64,000 bases of DNA from the NCBI GenBank assembly GCA_030390025.1, contig CM059425.1:163000001-163064000 (forward strand), read 5' to 3'. A program made the position numbers and the translations under genes. Source of the DNA: Squalus acanthias (lineage: Eukaryota). Shown in pieces: positions 37,268 through 48,824 of this stretch. A model generated the notes under the pieces. The model was not told the DNA's origin. It ran no database searches and saw only the letters and a program-made list of their open reading frames with translations. Each line of letters begins with the position of its first letter. The first letter of the stretch is position 1.

Positions 37268-40200
37268 GGGTGGAATTTTCATTACCAGGGCGGGTCGGGT
37301 GCAGGCGGTTGGCGTGGCGGCTCGGAACCCCATTCTTTTCATCCCGCTCCTCAGGGCGACTTTTAGCTAATGGTGCCTATTAAGGCAGGTCTGCGCGTTA
37401 CCCGGCCCTATTAAATGGTGCGGGTCTGATTACATCATCGATGACTCATTTCCAGCGGGGATATTTAAAGCAGCCTTGGCCACATTGCATTTGAAGGTTC
37501 ATCTCGGAGTGTGCAGGCAATACATATCACAATCTGGTTATTGCTGAGCCTTGCAGCGATGGCTTCACAAAGACAGAGGGCTGCACCCAGGTTCTCAGAT
37601 GGCTCCCTACATATTTTTGGAGGGAGTCCGAGCACGCAGGGAGGTCCTCTTCCCTGCTGATGGGCGGAAGAGACCCTCCCCAGGAGACTAAAAGAGCCTG
37701 GCTGCAAATTGCAGAGGAGGTGAACAGCAGGGTTGTGGTGAGGAGGAGCTGGGTGCCGTGCTGGAAGCGCTTCAATGATCTCATGAGATCAGGAAAGGTG
37801 GGTGCAAAGCCATTCTCAACTTCATCCTGCTGTGCCTGTCATCACATCCCCATCACTCTGCCTTCCCAAGCCTACTCCTGCGCTGCATTCCTCACACCAA
37901 CATACCTTGCACGTCCACCCATCCCTCTCTATCTACATACTCACAGCCCCATCTGACTAACCACCCCTCACACTCACTCTCATCCTAATGCAATCATACC
38001 AACTAACAACACACAAGGGGCCCACTTTGCATTGGCACTTTGGCATTGGCACCACACTCCCTCATAGTCACCCTCTACAGATGTAACCCACAAAATCCTT
38101 ACACTCATGGCATCACTCTCACTCAAACATCTCTTCTTTCCCTCCTTGCAGGAGAAGAGAGCCCACAATAAGAGGGAGAGGGAGAGAACCGGCGGTGGCC
38201 CTCCATCCTTCGCTACGTTGCCAGCAGCAGATTAGGTCACCCTGGAGGTCTCAGGAGTTGCCGAGCATCTGGCGGCGGGAGACGGAGAGAGGGAGACCTC
38301 TCAACAACCTGGTGACAGAATTACATCTCATACAGCCACATGGCATACAGCAGTCACTCATATGGGGACTGATATCAGCAGCCAGTGAATGTTCATCATG
38401 TGCATAATGGTATCGTTACCCATTCTTAATATAACATTTCTAAATCATCTCTTTACTCTCCCACAGGTCCATCAAGAGCACCCCCCAGGCGGAAGAGGAA
38501 GACGACTTTTCAGAGGCTCCTCCAGCCTCTGCTCAGCTGCATGCAGACTCTGGCCATCGAGAAAGAGGGCAATCTTGGAGGTGCAGGAAGAAGTGCAGGA
38601 GGCTCTGACCGATTTTGCGACCGCGATGTTTGCAAATGTGCAGAGAATGGAGGAGTCCATCTCCAACATGAGCACCACTGTGTCACAGGCGATGGTGACT
38701 GTAGGCTCTTCCATGGAAAGGATGGCCGCCTGCATGGAGCAGCTAATGCACCACTCACATGAGCACATGGTCTCTATGGAGAACAGACTTAACTTCCTGC
38801 ATTACACACATACGGCTGCCACATGCTGTGCCAGGTCCCACCCCGCCTCCCCCAACAACACCATAAAGCATCCCTACAATGACCAAGCCATTCCAGGCAG
38901 AGGCTCATAGACCTCCTCTCTAGGAGGGATGTCAACATAGACTTGGTTCTTCATGACCCCACTGCTGTGCAGCAAGGTGCTCTCCAGCTCCTTGCTAGCA
39001 GGGAAGTGCGGGTGGCCCATGAGAGGGATGACGGTGAGAGAGGACATGGAAGTGGGGGCTCTTCTCAAAGCACTCTCACTTCTCCCCCATTGCCTCCCCC
39101 CTCAGTCAGAGCCCCAGATGCCTCCTCAGATCCCGATGGCCAAGTCTGCCCCTGCACAGTCGCAGGAGGAGCAGACTTTGGCGGGGCTTCAAAACCCAGA
39201 GGATGTCCGCCAAAAGTGTCTATGCAGTCGCAGCAGGGAAGTGAGCAGGCTGCCGCTACCTCTGCTGAAGCCATGGGTTGCACCTCATAGAAGCACACCT
39301 AAATGAAAAATGACACAGACGTAGATGCACAAGGGTAAGCACATGTGTGTTTAAAGAACTGTTTCTGTTAAGGTTCCATTACTCTTATGTCACATAAAAC
39401 TATTTATTGTCACCATTTTCTGGTCATGCCCATTTTTGTCTGGTACTTCGGAAGTGGCTTAGTGAGTTGGAGTGAATGGTCAGACATAACGTTACCCCCA
39501 GCAATGGGGGTCAGTGTGAAAGGAATGGCTTGGTCATTGTAGGGATGCTTTATGGTGTTGTTGGGGGAGTGGGGGAGGGGGTGGTACCTGGCACAGCATG
39601 TGGCAGCCATATGTGTGTAATGCAGGAAGTTAAGTAAATCTGGCCATGATGAAGCCATCCCTGGCCTCCTGGGCAGCAATGTGCTCGGGTGCTGCTGGCA
39701 TCTGGATCTCTGGTACCTCCTCATCTTCCAGCTGATGCTCCTCCTCTGAAGAGGCTATGCACTCTGTGCCTTGCTCATGTAGCACTAATCCTCATTGCTG
39801 CGCTATGTTGTGCAGCGCGCAGCAGATGACCACAATTCTGGATACCCTGGCGGTGCGTACTGAAGGACTCCACCAGATCTGTCAAGGCATCTGAAGCACA
39901 TTTTCAGCATGCCTACTGTTTGCTCTATGACACATCTGGTGCACATGTGGCTTTCATTATATCTCTCCTCGGCTTCAGTACTTGGCCTCCTCTAGAGTGT
40001 CATGAGCCACGTCTTCAGTGGATAGCCCTTGTCTCCAAGCAACCAGCCGGAAAGTGTGTTTGGAGGTGCGACGAGCTGAGGGAGGGTGGACTGGCGCAGG
40101 ACGAAAGAGTCATGACAGCTGCCAGGGAATCTGGCGAACACATGCATGATGATCTTTTTATGGTTGCAGACGAGCTGCACATTGAAAGAGTGGAAGACCT

Positions 40201-41721
40201 TGCGGTTCACAAACACTCCTGGGTGATGATGCAGTGCCCTGATGGCTACATTTGTGCAGTCGATGATGCCCTGCACCCGTCGGAAGCCAGTCAGAGCCGC
40301 AAAGCCTAGTGCCCACTCAGTAACACTGGCTTCATCAGTGGCAAAGTTCACATAATTGGCTGACTTGTCAAACATGGCATTGTTCACCTGGGTGATGCAT
40401 CTGTGGGCGGCCGACTGCGAGATGCTGCAAATATCTTCTGCAGATCCCTGGAAAGACCCTGAGGTGAAAAAATTGAGGGCACTGGTGACATTGACAGCCA
40501 CTGGTAAGGCATGTCCACCAGATTCTCTGGGTTGCAGGTCTGGTTCCAGTAAGCTGCAAATGTCTGTGACAACCTGGCACAATAGCCTGAGCCTCCTTTG
40601 GCACTGCTGCTTAGTCATGTTGAGGAAGCTCATCCTCTGCATGTATACCCAGTGTTGGGGGTATCTCCTCTGGTGCGGTGCAGCCCTGCGCTGATGCCCT
40701 CGGTCTTGTGGAGCATCACGTCATTGAGGAGAAGGTTGTTGGTGCTATTGCTGCTGCTGGTGTGAATGCTGCTGCTGGTATTGGGGGCTCATCCTGGTCC
40801 TATTCTGAGGACCAGGTTGAGGCAGTATACACGGCACCCCTGCTGATGTAATAGATGGCAGGTCAAGCAGAGATCAGAGGAGCAATCTGACAATGGTGTG
40901 ATAGTAGCAATGAGGTGAGAATTTAAGGATATGTTAGCATAGTGGTTCTGTTACTGGACTAGTAATCCAGAGGTCTGGACTAATGATCCGGAGACGTGAG
41001 TACAAATCCCACCACAGCAGCTGGGGAATTTAAATAAATCTGTAATAAAAAGCTAGTGTCAGTAATGGTGAGCATGAAACTTTTGGATTGTCGTAAAAAC
41101 CAATCTGGTTCACTAATGTCGTTTAGGGAAGAAAATCTGCCGTCCTTACCCTGTCTGGTCTATACGTGACTCCAGACACACAGCAATGTGGTTGACGTTT
41201 AACTGCCTTCTGAAATGGCCTAGCAAGCCATTCAGTTGTACCAAACCACTACAAAGAAGCATGGACTGCAGCGGTTCAAGAATGAGGTGAGAGTAGCTTC
41301 TGAAGTTGCAGAAAAGACTTACAAAATGTAGACACCGAAATCTGTGCTCAAAATGCACTCAGCAAGAGCCTTTCCTTTAGCCAAGTAAGCAGGTGGCAGT
41401 ATATATTCTGCTTTCCATGCAGTAATGACCTCGATCAATGGCCACTTTTGACAGTTTGACAGACGTGCTTCCCGAGCTGCGTGATTCCCGTGGTCAGTGA
41501 CATTCCAAAGGCCTGGTTAAAAGCACTGACAACAAGGTAAATGAGGTAAATTAGGTTGCCCGCCTCTGCCGTTTGGGTCCGTGCCGTGCTGGCAAACGCG
41601 CCGAGTTAAAGGCGCGAGGAGGCGGGATGATGGCGCGTTCTCGATCCGCTCCCATTTATTGCGAATTTTACCCCCGACCCGCCTCCAATCCTGCACGCAT
41701 GGCAGCATGAAAATTCCGGCC
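37268..41721. mobile_element. Near full-length degenerate Harbinger (spliced Myb/SANT gene on plus, transposase on minus)
   Basis: TIRs GGGTGGAATTTTCAT and ATGAAAATTCCGGCC+TAA; Myb exon from ATG 37559 (APRFSD...AWLQIAEEVN...CWKRFNDL) with donor near 37798; transposase 39992-40642 ([15 protein letters not shown]). Confidence 0.85.
40930..41290 (+). mobile_element. tRNA-derived SINE inserted in the Harbinger
   Basis: A-box TAGCATAGTGG, B-box-like GAGTACAAATCC, body shared with 26815-27000. Confidence 0.75.
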
Positions 41722-41784
41722 TAATGTTAAATGTTTTTCTTTGAATATGTTAAACACAACAGAAATTATGTGATGTCCTCCTAG

Positions 41785-41903
41785 GTTCTGGAAGAGCAGA
41801 TTAGAACAAGAGATGGTGTGACTGCAGGAACTAGCTTTGCAGTTCAGAGCCTGGACCACAAGCATTTGGCTGGTATTGGGGACCTCCGTGGAAGAGTTGC
41901 CAG
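41785..41903 (+). CDS. FAM81B: FAM81B coding exon 3
   Basis: VLEEQIRTRDGVTAGTSFAVQSLDHKHLAGIGDLRGRVAR (FAM81 hallmark GDLRGRVARCD); TAG acceptor and GT donor; 119 nt. Confidence 0.95.
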
Positions 41904-42554
41904 GTACTAGGGATGGAGCACAAGATGGCAGGGTAACATACAGAACTGTTAAAGCAGAAACACTCCACCTGACCTGAGGCAAAGATCACATTTTGAGCTC
42001 ATAATCAGCTCTTGTTTTGTAAGGATTTTACAAGAGTAAACACCATTCTGGAGGGTCTGGTCAGAATCCTGACAGTTTCTGTCATTTCCTGGCCTGCGCA
42101 TATACAGAGAGTGAAATTAGACATGGACGGGGACGCAAAACAGATGGAATCGCATTGGTTGCCTGTTCAATAGAACTGACTATCTGGCGGAAATGCGAAT
42201 CGGCCTGTTTTGCATACCTGCCCATGCCCAATTTTATCCCCACAGAAATATTCTTTATGTATTTTATGATGATTACAACACAATGGGAAACAAACAGCAC
42301 CATGGGAGTAAAATCCCATGGGCAGCAACATCACCAGGAACATTTTACAATCTGCACAATAATAAGTTTGTATTTGAAGTTATATTTAATAATAATTTAT
42401 TATTTTAATTATTTATTTAATGTGTGATATAAGTAAAATATGTGGGATTTGAATCAAATCTCTCTCATGGTGTGGACCATAATTTATTACTCAGGTCAGT
42501 TCTGCATGTGAGATATAATTTGTATCCATGGTTCTTCAGTATGTGTCCACATAT

Positions 42555-42571
42555 ATTTTATATATATTTTT

Positions 42572-42607
<36 letters not shown>

Positions 42608-42628
42608 TATATAGAGAGAGAGAGAGAG
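42555..42628. repeat. (TA)n(GA)n compound microsatellite
   Basis: Seen directly; abuts the CR1 3' tail. Confidence 0.95.
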
Positions 42629-45600
42629 TCATAGAGTTATACAGCACAGATAGAGGCCCTTCGGCCCATCGTGTCCGCGCCGGCCATCAAGCCCTGTCTA
42701 ATCTAATCCCATATTCCAGCATTTGGTCCGTAGCCTTGTATGCTATGGCATTTCAAGTGCTCATCCAAATGCTTCTTGAATGTTGTGAGGGTTCCTGCCT
42801 CCACAACCCTTTCAGGCAGTGAGTTCCAGACTCCAACCACCCTCTGGGTGAAAAAGTTCTTTCTCAAATCCCTTCTAAACCTCCCGCCCTTTACCTTGAA
42901 TCTATGCCCCCTTGTTATAGACCCCTCTACTAAGGGAAAAAGCTCCTTAGTATCCATCCTATCTATGCCCCTCATAATTTTGTATACCTCAATCATGTCC
43001 CCCCTCAGCCTCCTCTGCTCCAAGGAAAACAAATCCAATCTGCTCAGTCTCTCTTCATAGCTGAAGCACTCCAGCCTGGGTAACATTCTGGTGAATCTCC
43101 TCTGCACCCTCTCCACAGCTATCACATCCTTCCTGTAGTGTGGCGACCAGAACTGCACACAGTATTCCAGATGTGGCCTAACCAGTGTTTTATACAGCTC
43201 CATCATAACCTCCTTGCTCTTATATTCTATGCCTCGGCTAATGAATGCAAGTATCCCATATGCCTTTTTTACCACCTTATCCACCTGTTCCGCCGCCTTC
43301 AGGGATCTGTGTACTTGCACACCAAGATCCCTCTGCCCCTCCGTCTTCCCTAGGGTCTTACCATTCATTGTGTATTCCCTTGCCTTGTTAGTCCCTCCAA
43401 AGTGCATCACCTCGCACTTCTCCGGATTAAATTCCATTTGCCACTGTTCCGCCCATCTGACCAACCCATCTATATCATCCTGCAGACTGAGGCTACCCTC
43501 CTCGCTATTTACCACCCTACCAATTTTTGTATCATCCGCGAACTTACTGATCATACCTTTTACATTCATATCCAAGTCGTTAATGTAGACCACAAACAGC
43601 AAGGGACCCAGCACCGATCCCTGTGGTACCCCACTGGCCACAGGCTTCCAGTCACAAAAACAACCTTCGACCATCACCCTCTGCCTTCTGCCACTGAGAC
43701 AGTTTTGTATCCAATGTGCCAAGGCACCCTGGATTCCATGGGCTGTTACCTTCTTGACCAGTCTCCTGTGCGGGACTTTATCGAAGGCCTTACTGAAATC
43801 CATGTATACCACATCCACTGCGTTACCCTCATCCACACACCTAGTCACCCCCTCAAAAAATTCAATCAAATTAGTCAGACATGATCTTCCCTTGACAAAG
43901 CCATGTTGGCTAACCCTGATTAATCCTTGCCTCTCCAAGTGGAGACTAATTTTGTCCCTCAGAATTTTTTCCAATAATTTTCCTACCACTGATGTTAGGC
44001 TCACTGGCCTGTAGTTCCCTGGTTTTTCCCTACTCCCTTTCTTGAATAATGGTACTACATTAGCGGTTCTCCAGTCCTTTGGCACATCCCCTGTGGCCAG
44101 AGAGGTTCTGAATATATGTGTTAGAGCCCCTGCAATCTCCTCCTTTGCCTCACACAGCAGCCTGGGATACATTTCGTCCAGACCTGGGGATTTATCCATT
44201 TTTAGACCTGCTAAAACCGCCAATACCTCCTCCCTCTCGATGTTAAAATGTTCGAGTATATCACAGTCCTCCTGCCCTAATTTTATGTCTGCATCGTCCT
44301 TCTCCATAGTGAAAACAGATGCAAAAAATTCATTTAGAACCCCACCTACATCTTCTGGCTCCACACACAGATTGCCACTTTTGTCCCTAATGGGCCCTAT
44401 TTTTTCCCTAGTTATCCTCTTACCCTTAATATACTTATAAAACATCTTAGGATTTTCCTTTATTTTGCTCGCCAGTGTTATTTCATGGCCCCTCCTTGAT
44501 CTCCTAATTTCTTTTTTAAGTATCCCCCTGCACTTTTTGTACTCCTCTAGGGCTTCCTCCGTCTTTAGCATTTTGTATCTGCCAAAAGCCCTCCTTTTTT
44601 TTCTTGATCCATTCTCGTATATCCCCTGACATCCAAGGTTCCCTGCGGTTTTTGGGACCACCCTTGACCTTTACGGGAACATGCTGCCATTGTATGATCT
44701 CAATCTCCCTTCTGAAAGAATCCCATTGCTCCGATGCGGATTTTCCTACAAGCAGCTGATCCTAGTCCATTTTGGCCAGATCCTGCCTTATCTTATTAAA
44801 ATCGGCCTTCCCCCAATTTAGAACCTTTATTTCCGGCCCATCCCTGTCCTTTTCCATGACCACCTTAAATCTCACCGTATTATGGTCACTGTCACCAAAG
44901 TGCTCACCTACTAGCACTTCTTCCACTTGGCCGGCCACATTCCCGAGAATTAGGTCCAGTACCGCCCCCTCCCTTGTAGGACTTTCTACATGCTGGCTCA
45001 AAAAGCTCTCCTGGATGCACTTTAAGAATTTTGAACCCTCTAAGCCTTTCACACTCTGACTATCCCAGTTAATATTGGGGAAGTTGAAATCCCCCATTAT
45101 TATTACCCTATTATTTGCACATTTCTCTGAGATTTGCCTACATATCTGTTCCTCTATCTCCCCCTGACTGTTTGGGGGCCTATAGTACGCTCCCAGCAAA
45201 GTGCTTGCCCCCTTTTTATTTTTAAGCTCCACCCATATAGCCTCATTGGAGGAACCTGCTAATATATCATCCCTCCTTATGGCAGTAATTGATTCCTTAA
45301 TTAATATTGCGACACCCCCTCCTCTTATACCGCCCCCTCTGTCTCGCCTGAAGATTCTGTACCCCGGAATATTGAGTAGCCAGTCTTGCCCCTCCCTCAA
45401 CCATGTCTCCGTGATAGCAACAATATCATACACCCATGTGTTTATCAACACCTTCAGTTCATCCACCTTATTCGCTAGACTCCTTGCATTAAAATAGATG
45501 CCTTCCAGCCTTGCTCTTACATGTTTGCCCTGTCTTCCAAGCTGACTTGCTTTTTTCTCTATATTTGACTGTACATCACCCCCTATTGTAGCTCCAATCT

Positions 45601-46600
45601 GTATCCCATCCCCCTGCCAAGTTAGTTTAAACCCCCCCCAACAGTGCTAGCAAACCTCCCCGCAAGGATATTTGTCCCGCTCTGGTTCAGGTGCAAACCG
45701 TCCGACTTGTACAAGTCCCACCTTCCCCAGAAGCAGGCCCAGTGATCCAGGAAATTAAAACCCTCCCTCCTGCACCAACTCTTTAGCCATGCATTCATCT
45801 GTTCTATCCTCCTATTCCTATACTCACTAGCACATGGCACTGGGAGTAATCCAGAGATTACAACCTTTGAGGTCCTGCTCTTTAATCTGCTGCCTAGCTC
45901 CCTAAATTCTTGATGCAGGACCTCATCCCCCTTCCTACCTATGTCGTTGGTCCCAATGTGAACCACGACCTCTGCCTGCTCACCCTCCCCCTTAAGAATG
46001 CCCTGTAGCCGCTCAGTGACATCCATGACCCTGGCCCCAGGGAGGCAACAAACCATCCTGGAGTCACGTTTACTGCCACAGAAACACCTATCTGTTCCCC
46101 TTACGATAGAATCCCCTACCACTATTGCTCTCCCACTCTTTTTCCCCCCTTTCTGAGCAGCAGAAGCAACCCTGGTGCCAGGAAGTTGGCTGCTGCCGCT
46201 CTCCCCTGGTGAGTCATCCCCCTCAACAGTATCCAAATCGGTATACCTGTTTGAAAGGGGGATGACCGCAGGGGTCCCCTGTACTTCCTGCCTGCCTCTG
46301 CTGCTCCGCCTGATGGTCACCCATTTCCCTTCTGCCTGTGCAGCCCTACCCTGCGGCGTGACCAACTCGCTAAACGTGTCATCCACGACCCTCTCAGCAT
46401 CGCGTATGCTCCAAAACTCATCCACCCGCAGCTCGAGCGCCGCAATGCGGTCTACAAGTAGCTGCAGCTGGATGCATTTCTCGCACACATGGTCCCCAGG
46501 GACACTGGCAGCGTCCCTGAATTCCCACATGGAGCAAGAGGAGCATAACACGGGGCTGATCTCACCTGACATGACCTACTCCTTTAGTTAAATTAAAAAT
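42625..46600 (-). mobile_element. Near full-length CR1 LINE, antisense in a FAM81B intron
   Basis: ORF1 45622-46572 open; ORF2 split into 44762-45466 and 42703-44661 by a stop and a frameshift; CR1-type 3' UTR. Confidence 0.95.
45622..46572 (-). CDS. CR1 ORF1p (zinc finger plus SGNH esterase-like domain)
   Basis: 316 aa; CSSC..CEKC, VGDSI, HIGTND, DGLH. Confidence 0.88.
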   Translation of the reverse strand: MSGEISPVLCSSCSMWEFRDAASVPGDHVCEKCIQLQLLVDRIAALELRVDEFWSIRDAERVVDDTFSELVTPQGRAAQAEGKWVTIRRSSRGRQEVQGTPAVIPLSNRYTDLDTVEGDDSPGESGSSQLPGTRVASAAQKGGKKSGRAIVVGDSIVRGTDRCFCGSKRDSRMVCCLPGARVMDVTERLQGILKGEGEQAEVVVHIGTNDIGRKGDEVLHQEFRELGSRLKSRTSKVVISGLLPVPCASEYRNRRIEQMNAWLKSWCRREGFNFLDHWACFWGRWDLYKSDGLHLNQSGTNILAGRFASTVGGGLN

Positions 46601-47510
46601 GTATATATATGGTGTTCTTGTCTGCAATTCACATCACTGTGATGCTACAGGCAAAGGCTGAGCTGTGGTCTGCTGTACAGTGTTTGACAAACAAGGTTCC
46701 AAACTGCACAAATTCCAAGCTAAAAATCACTAAAAAGGAATGAAAATGTTAAGAGCACCAGAAGAATAAAAACTACTGTCTCTACAATATCTATAAAATG
46801 CTCCAGTATTGGGAGATTCAAATAACTGAGAATACTAAATAGGCTCTGCTTAGTGAGGTTCTGCATTTTGAGTTTTTACCAAAAATTAGCTGATAATATC
46901 TGGTGTTTAACATTTTTCTGAGTTAATTAAAAGATGACAGAATTGCCAATTGTGCAATTTCCTGAAATCTCATGCCTTTTGTGAAATTATGGGATTTGGA
47001 TCTGTGCACCTCTTGCAGCTACTCAGAGATAGCAGCTGGCGCAGTCTATAATGCTTTCTCTCATCTCTGGTACACCATTAAAAGGTAAGCTATGCAACTA
47101 AGAATTATAATGATGATTTTCTTTACATTTTTTTACTGCCTTTGTACTGGCTGGTTGGCTGGCTCACCATTTCCTTGATGGAATTCATGGATAGTCCACC
47201 ATCTTCTCTTTCTCTGTCTCTGTTTTCCCTGCTTTTCTCAGTTTCCTCATTACCTTTGTCTTCCTGATCTATGTCTCAGCTGAATTTTTGTTGTATGGAG
47301 GTGGCTTCTAATGCAAGAACAATCTCATTCTAAAGATATTCTCCTGAAGATTCGGGGCAGATTTAGGCACCTGGGAGAATACGATCACCCAAGTGCAGAG
47401 CATGTAGGAAAATCAGATGGGAAGGATCGCACATCCATAAGGGAGCCTGCCTGATTTTCTGTCCATTCAAATTAATGAAGTGGTTTTAAAATGTTGTTTT
47501 CCAATACAAG

Positions 47511-47640
47511 GTGTGATGCCAGTATCGCCAAGCTTGCTGGGGATATCGGTGTAACCAGTAGTGAGATTCAAAAAGTAAAGAAAGAAATTCAAGATGCTAA
47601 GTCTTCCCTCGAAGTGCAAATGAAAGAATTGGAAATGAAG
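47511..47640 (+). CDS. FAM81B: FAM81B coding exon 4
   Basis: (R)CDASIAKLAGDI...MKELEMK; AAG acceptor, GTTGGT donor; 130 nt, phases 2 to 0. Confidence 0.92.
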
Positions 47641-47894
47641 GTTGGTAGAAATTTTTTTAATTCAATTTTGTAAATAGAGTTCTTGATAGTTGTTGGTGTT
47701 GTTGAAATCTTTTAAATCCAGAGTGGGAGGAAACTTTCCTTGTTCATGGAAAGAGAGAGAGAGAGATGGATTCTGTTAGGGAAGAAGTGTTTTTGAAGTG
47801 CAATATTTTAAGAAAAATATAATTACAATCAGCAAAATGTTGATTTTTCTGGAACATTGAAACATTGTCATCTGTGTCATTGATTTTACATCAG

Positions 47895-48001
47895 GAGATG
47901 CAACTACTGAGCAAAATAGACAGCTCTAAATGTGAGCACAATACAAAATTAAAGGCTGCAAGAGGAGAGCAACAACATGAACTTCAACTTCTAGATTTCA
48001 A
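47895..48001 (+). CDS. FAM81B: FAM81B coding exon 5
   Basis: EMQLLSKIDSSKCEHNTKLKAARGEQQHELQLLDF(K); CAG acceptor, GTAAAA donor; 107 nt. Confidence 0.9.
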
Positions 48002-48567
48002 GTAAAAACATTTTGCCTGCATTCTTTTAAGATGTAATGAGGGATTTGGGAATGAAATGGGACCACTAACACAAATCAGACTATTAACACTGAGGATGAC
48101 AATGTACCTTTGTCATGCACAGACTCCTAACTGATAGGTTAATGCTAACTTGAGCAATATAGAACCAAATTGAAAAATGTTTTTTGATTTAAAAATACAG
48201 CACAAGCAAAATTAAATTGAAACACTATCAAGGCTGTAGTCATTTGTCAAAACCTTCTCCCATCCTTATTATATAATGAGACATATCTTGCATTGCTCCA
48301 AAGTGCCCTCTTCCTTTTCCTCTAAAAGTAGCCATGGCTATTGCTGACATGATTCTGCCCTTGCAATCTGCTGCAATGCATAGGAGTCGCAAGGATGTTG
48401 ACACCATGCAAGAATTCCAAGAATCGCTACAGAACCACACTATCGGCTTTATTTTCTAGTTCATTGAGACTGTGACTAATCTGTTGGTAGCATTGTTAAC
48501 CATTTTTGGAATGTTACATTAATTTCACAAACAGGATATAAATAATCACTAAACAACCATTTTCCAG

Positions 48568-48703
48568 GATTACTGCTGCACTGACTGAGGTGCGTTCACA
48601 GATACAAAACCAGCACGAGTGGGCAGAACACAAACTGGATAAAACAGAGAATGAACAACGACAGAGAATAGACCACTTAGTACAATTTATGCAAGAGAAA
48701 ACT
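48568..48703 (+). CDS. FAM81B: FAM81B coding exon 6
   Basis: ITAALTEVRSQIQNQHEWAEHKLDK...FMQEKT; CAG acceptor, GTAAGC donor; 136 nt, phases consistent. Confidence 0.88.
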
Positions 48704-48824
48704 GTAAGCAGTTTACTTTATATTACTTCACATGGAAAAATTGCATGATGGTAATAAATCTCAACACTATTCATATGAAATATGTAACTAATCTATGTGC
48801 TACAAAACCATTTCATAATTATAG

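Noticed and set aside
40930..41010. tRNA gene
   Set aside because: A/B-box-like motifs but no cloverleaf; continues into a SINE body also seen at 26815.
42740..45497. Many plus-strand ORFs antisense to CR1 ORF2 (also 58784-61084)
   Set aside because: Shadow ORFs of LINE coding sequence, recurring in each copy.
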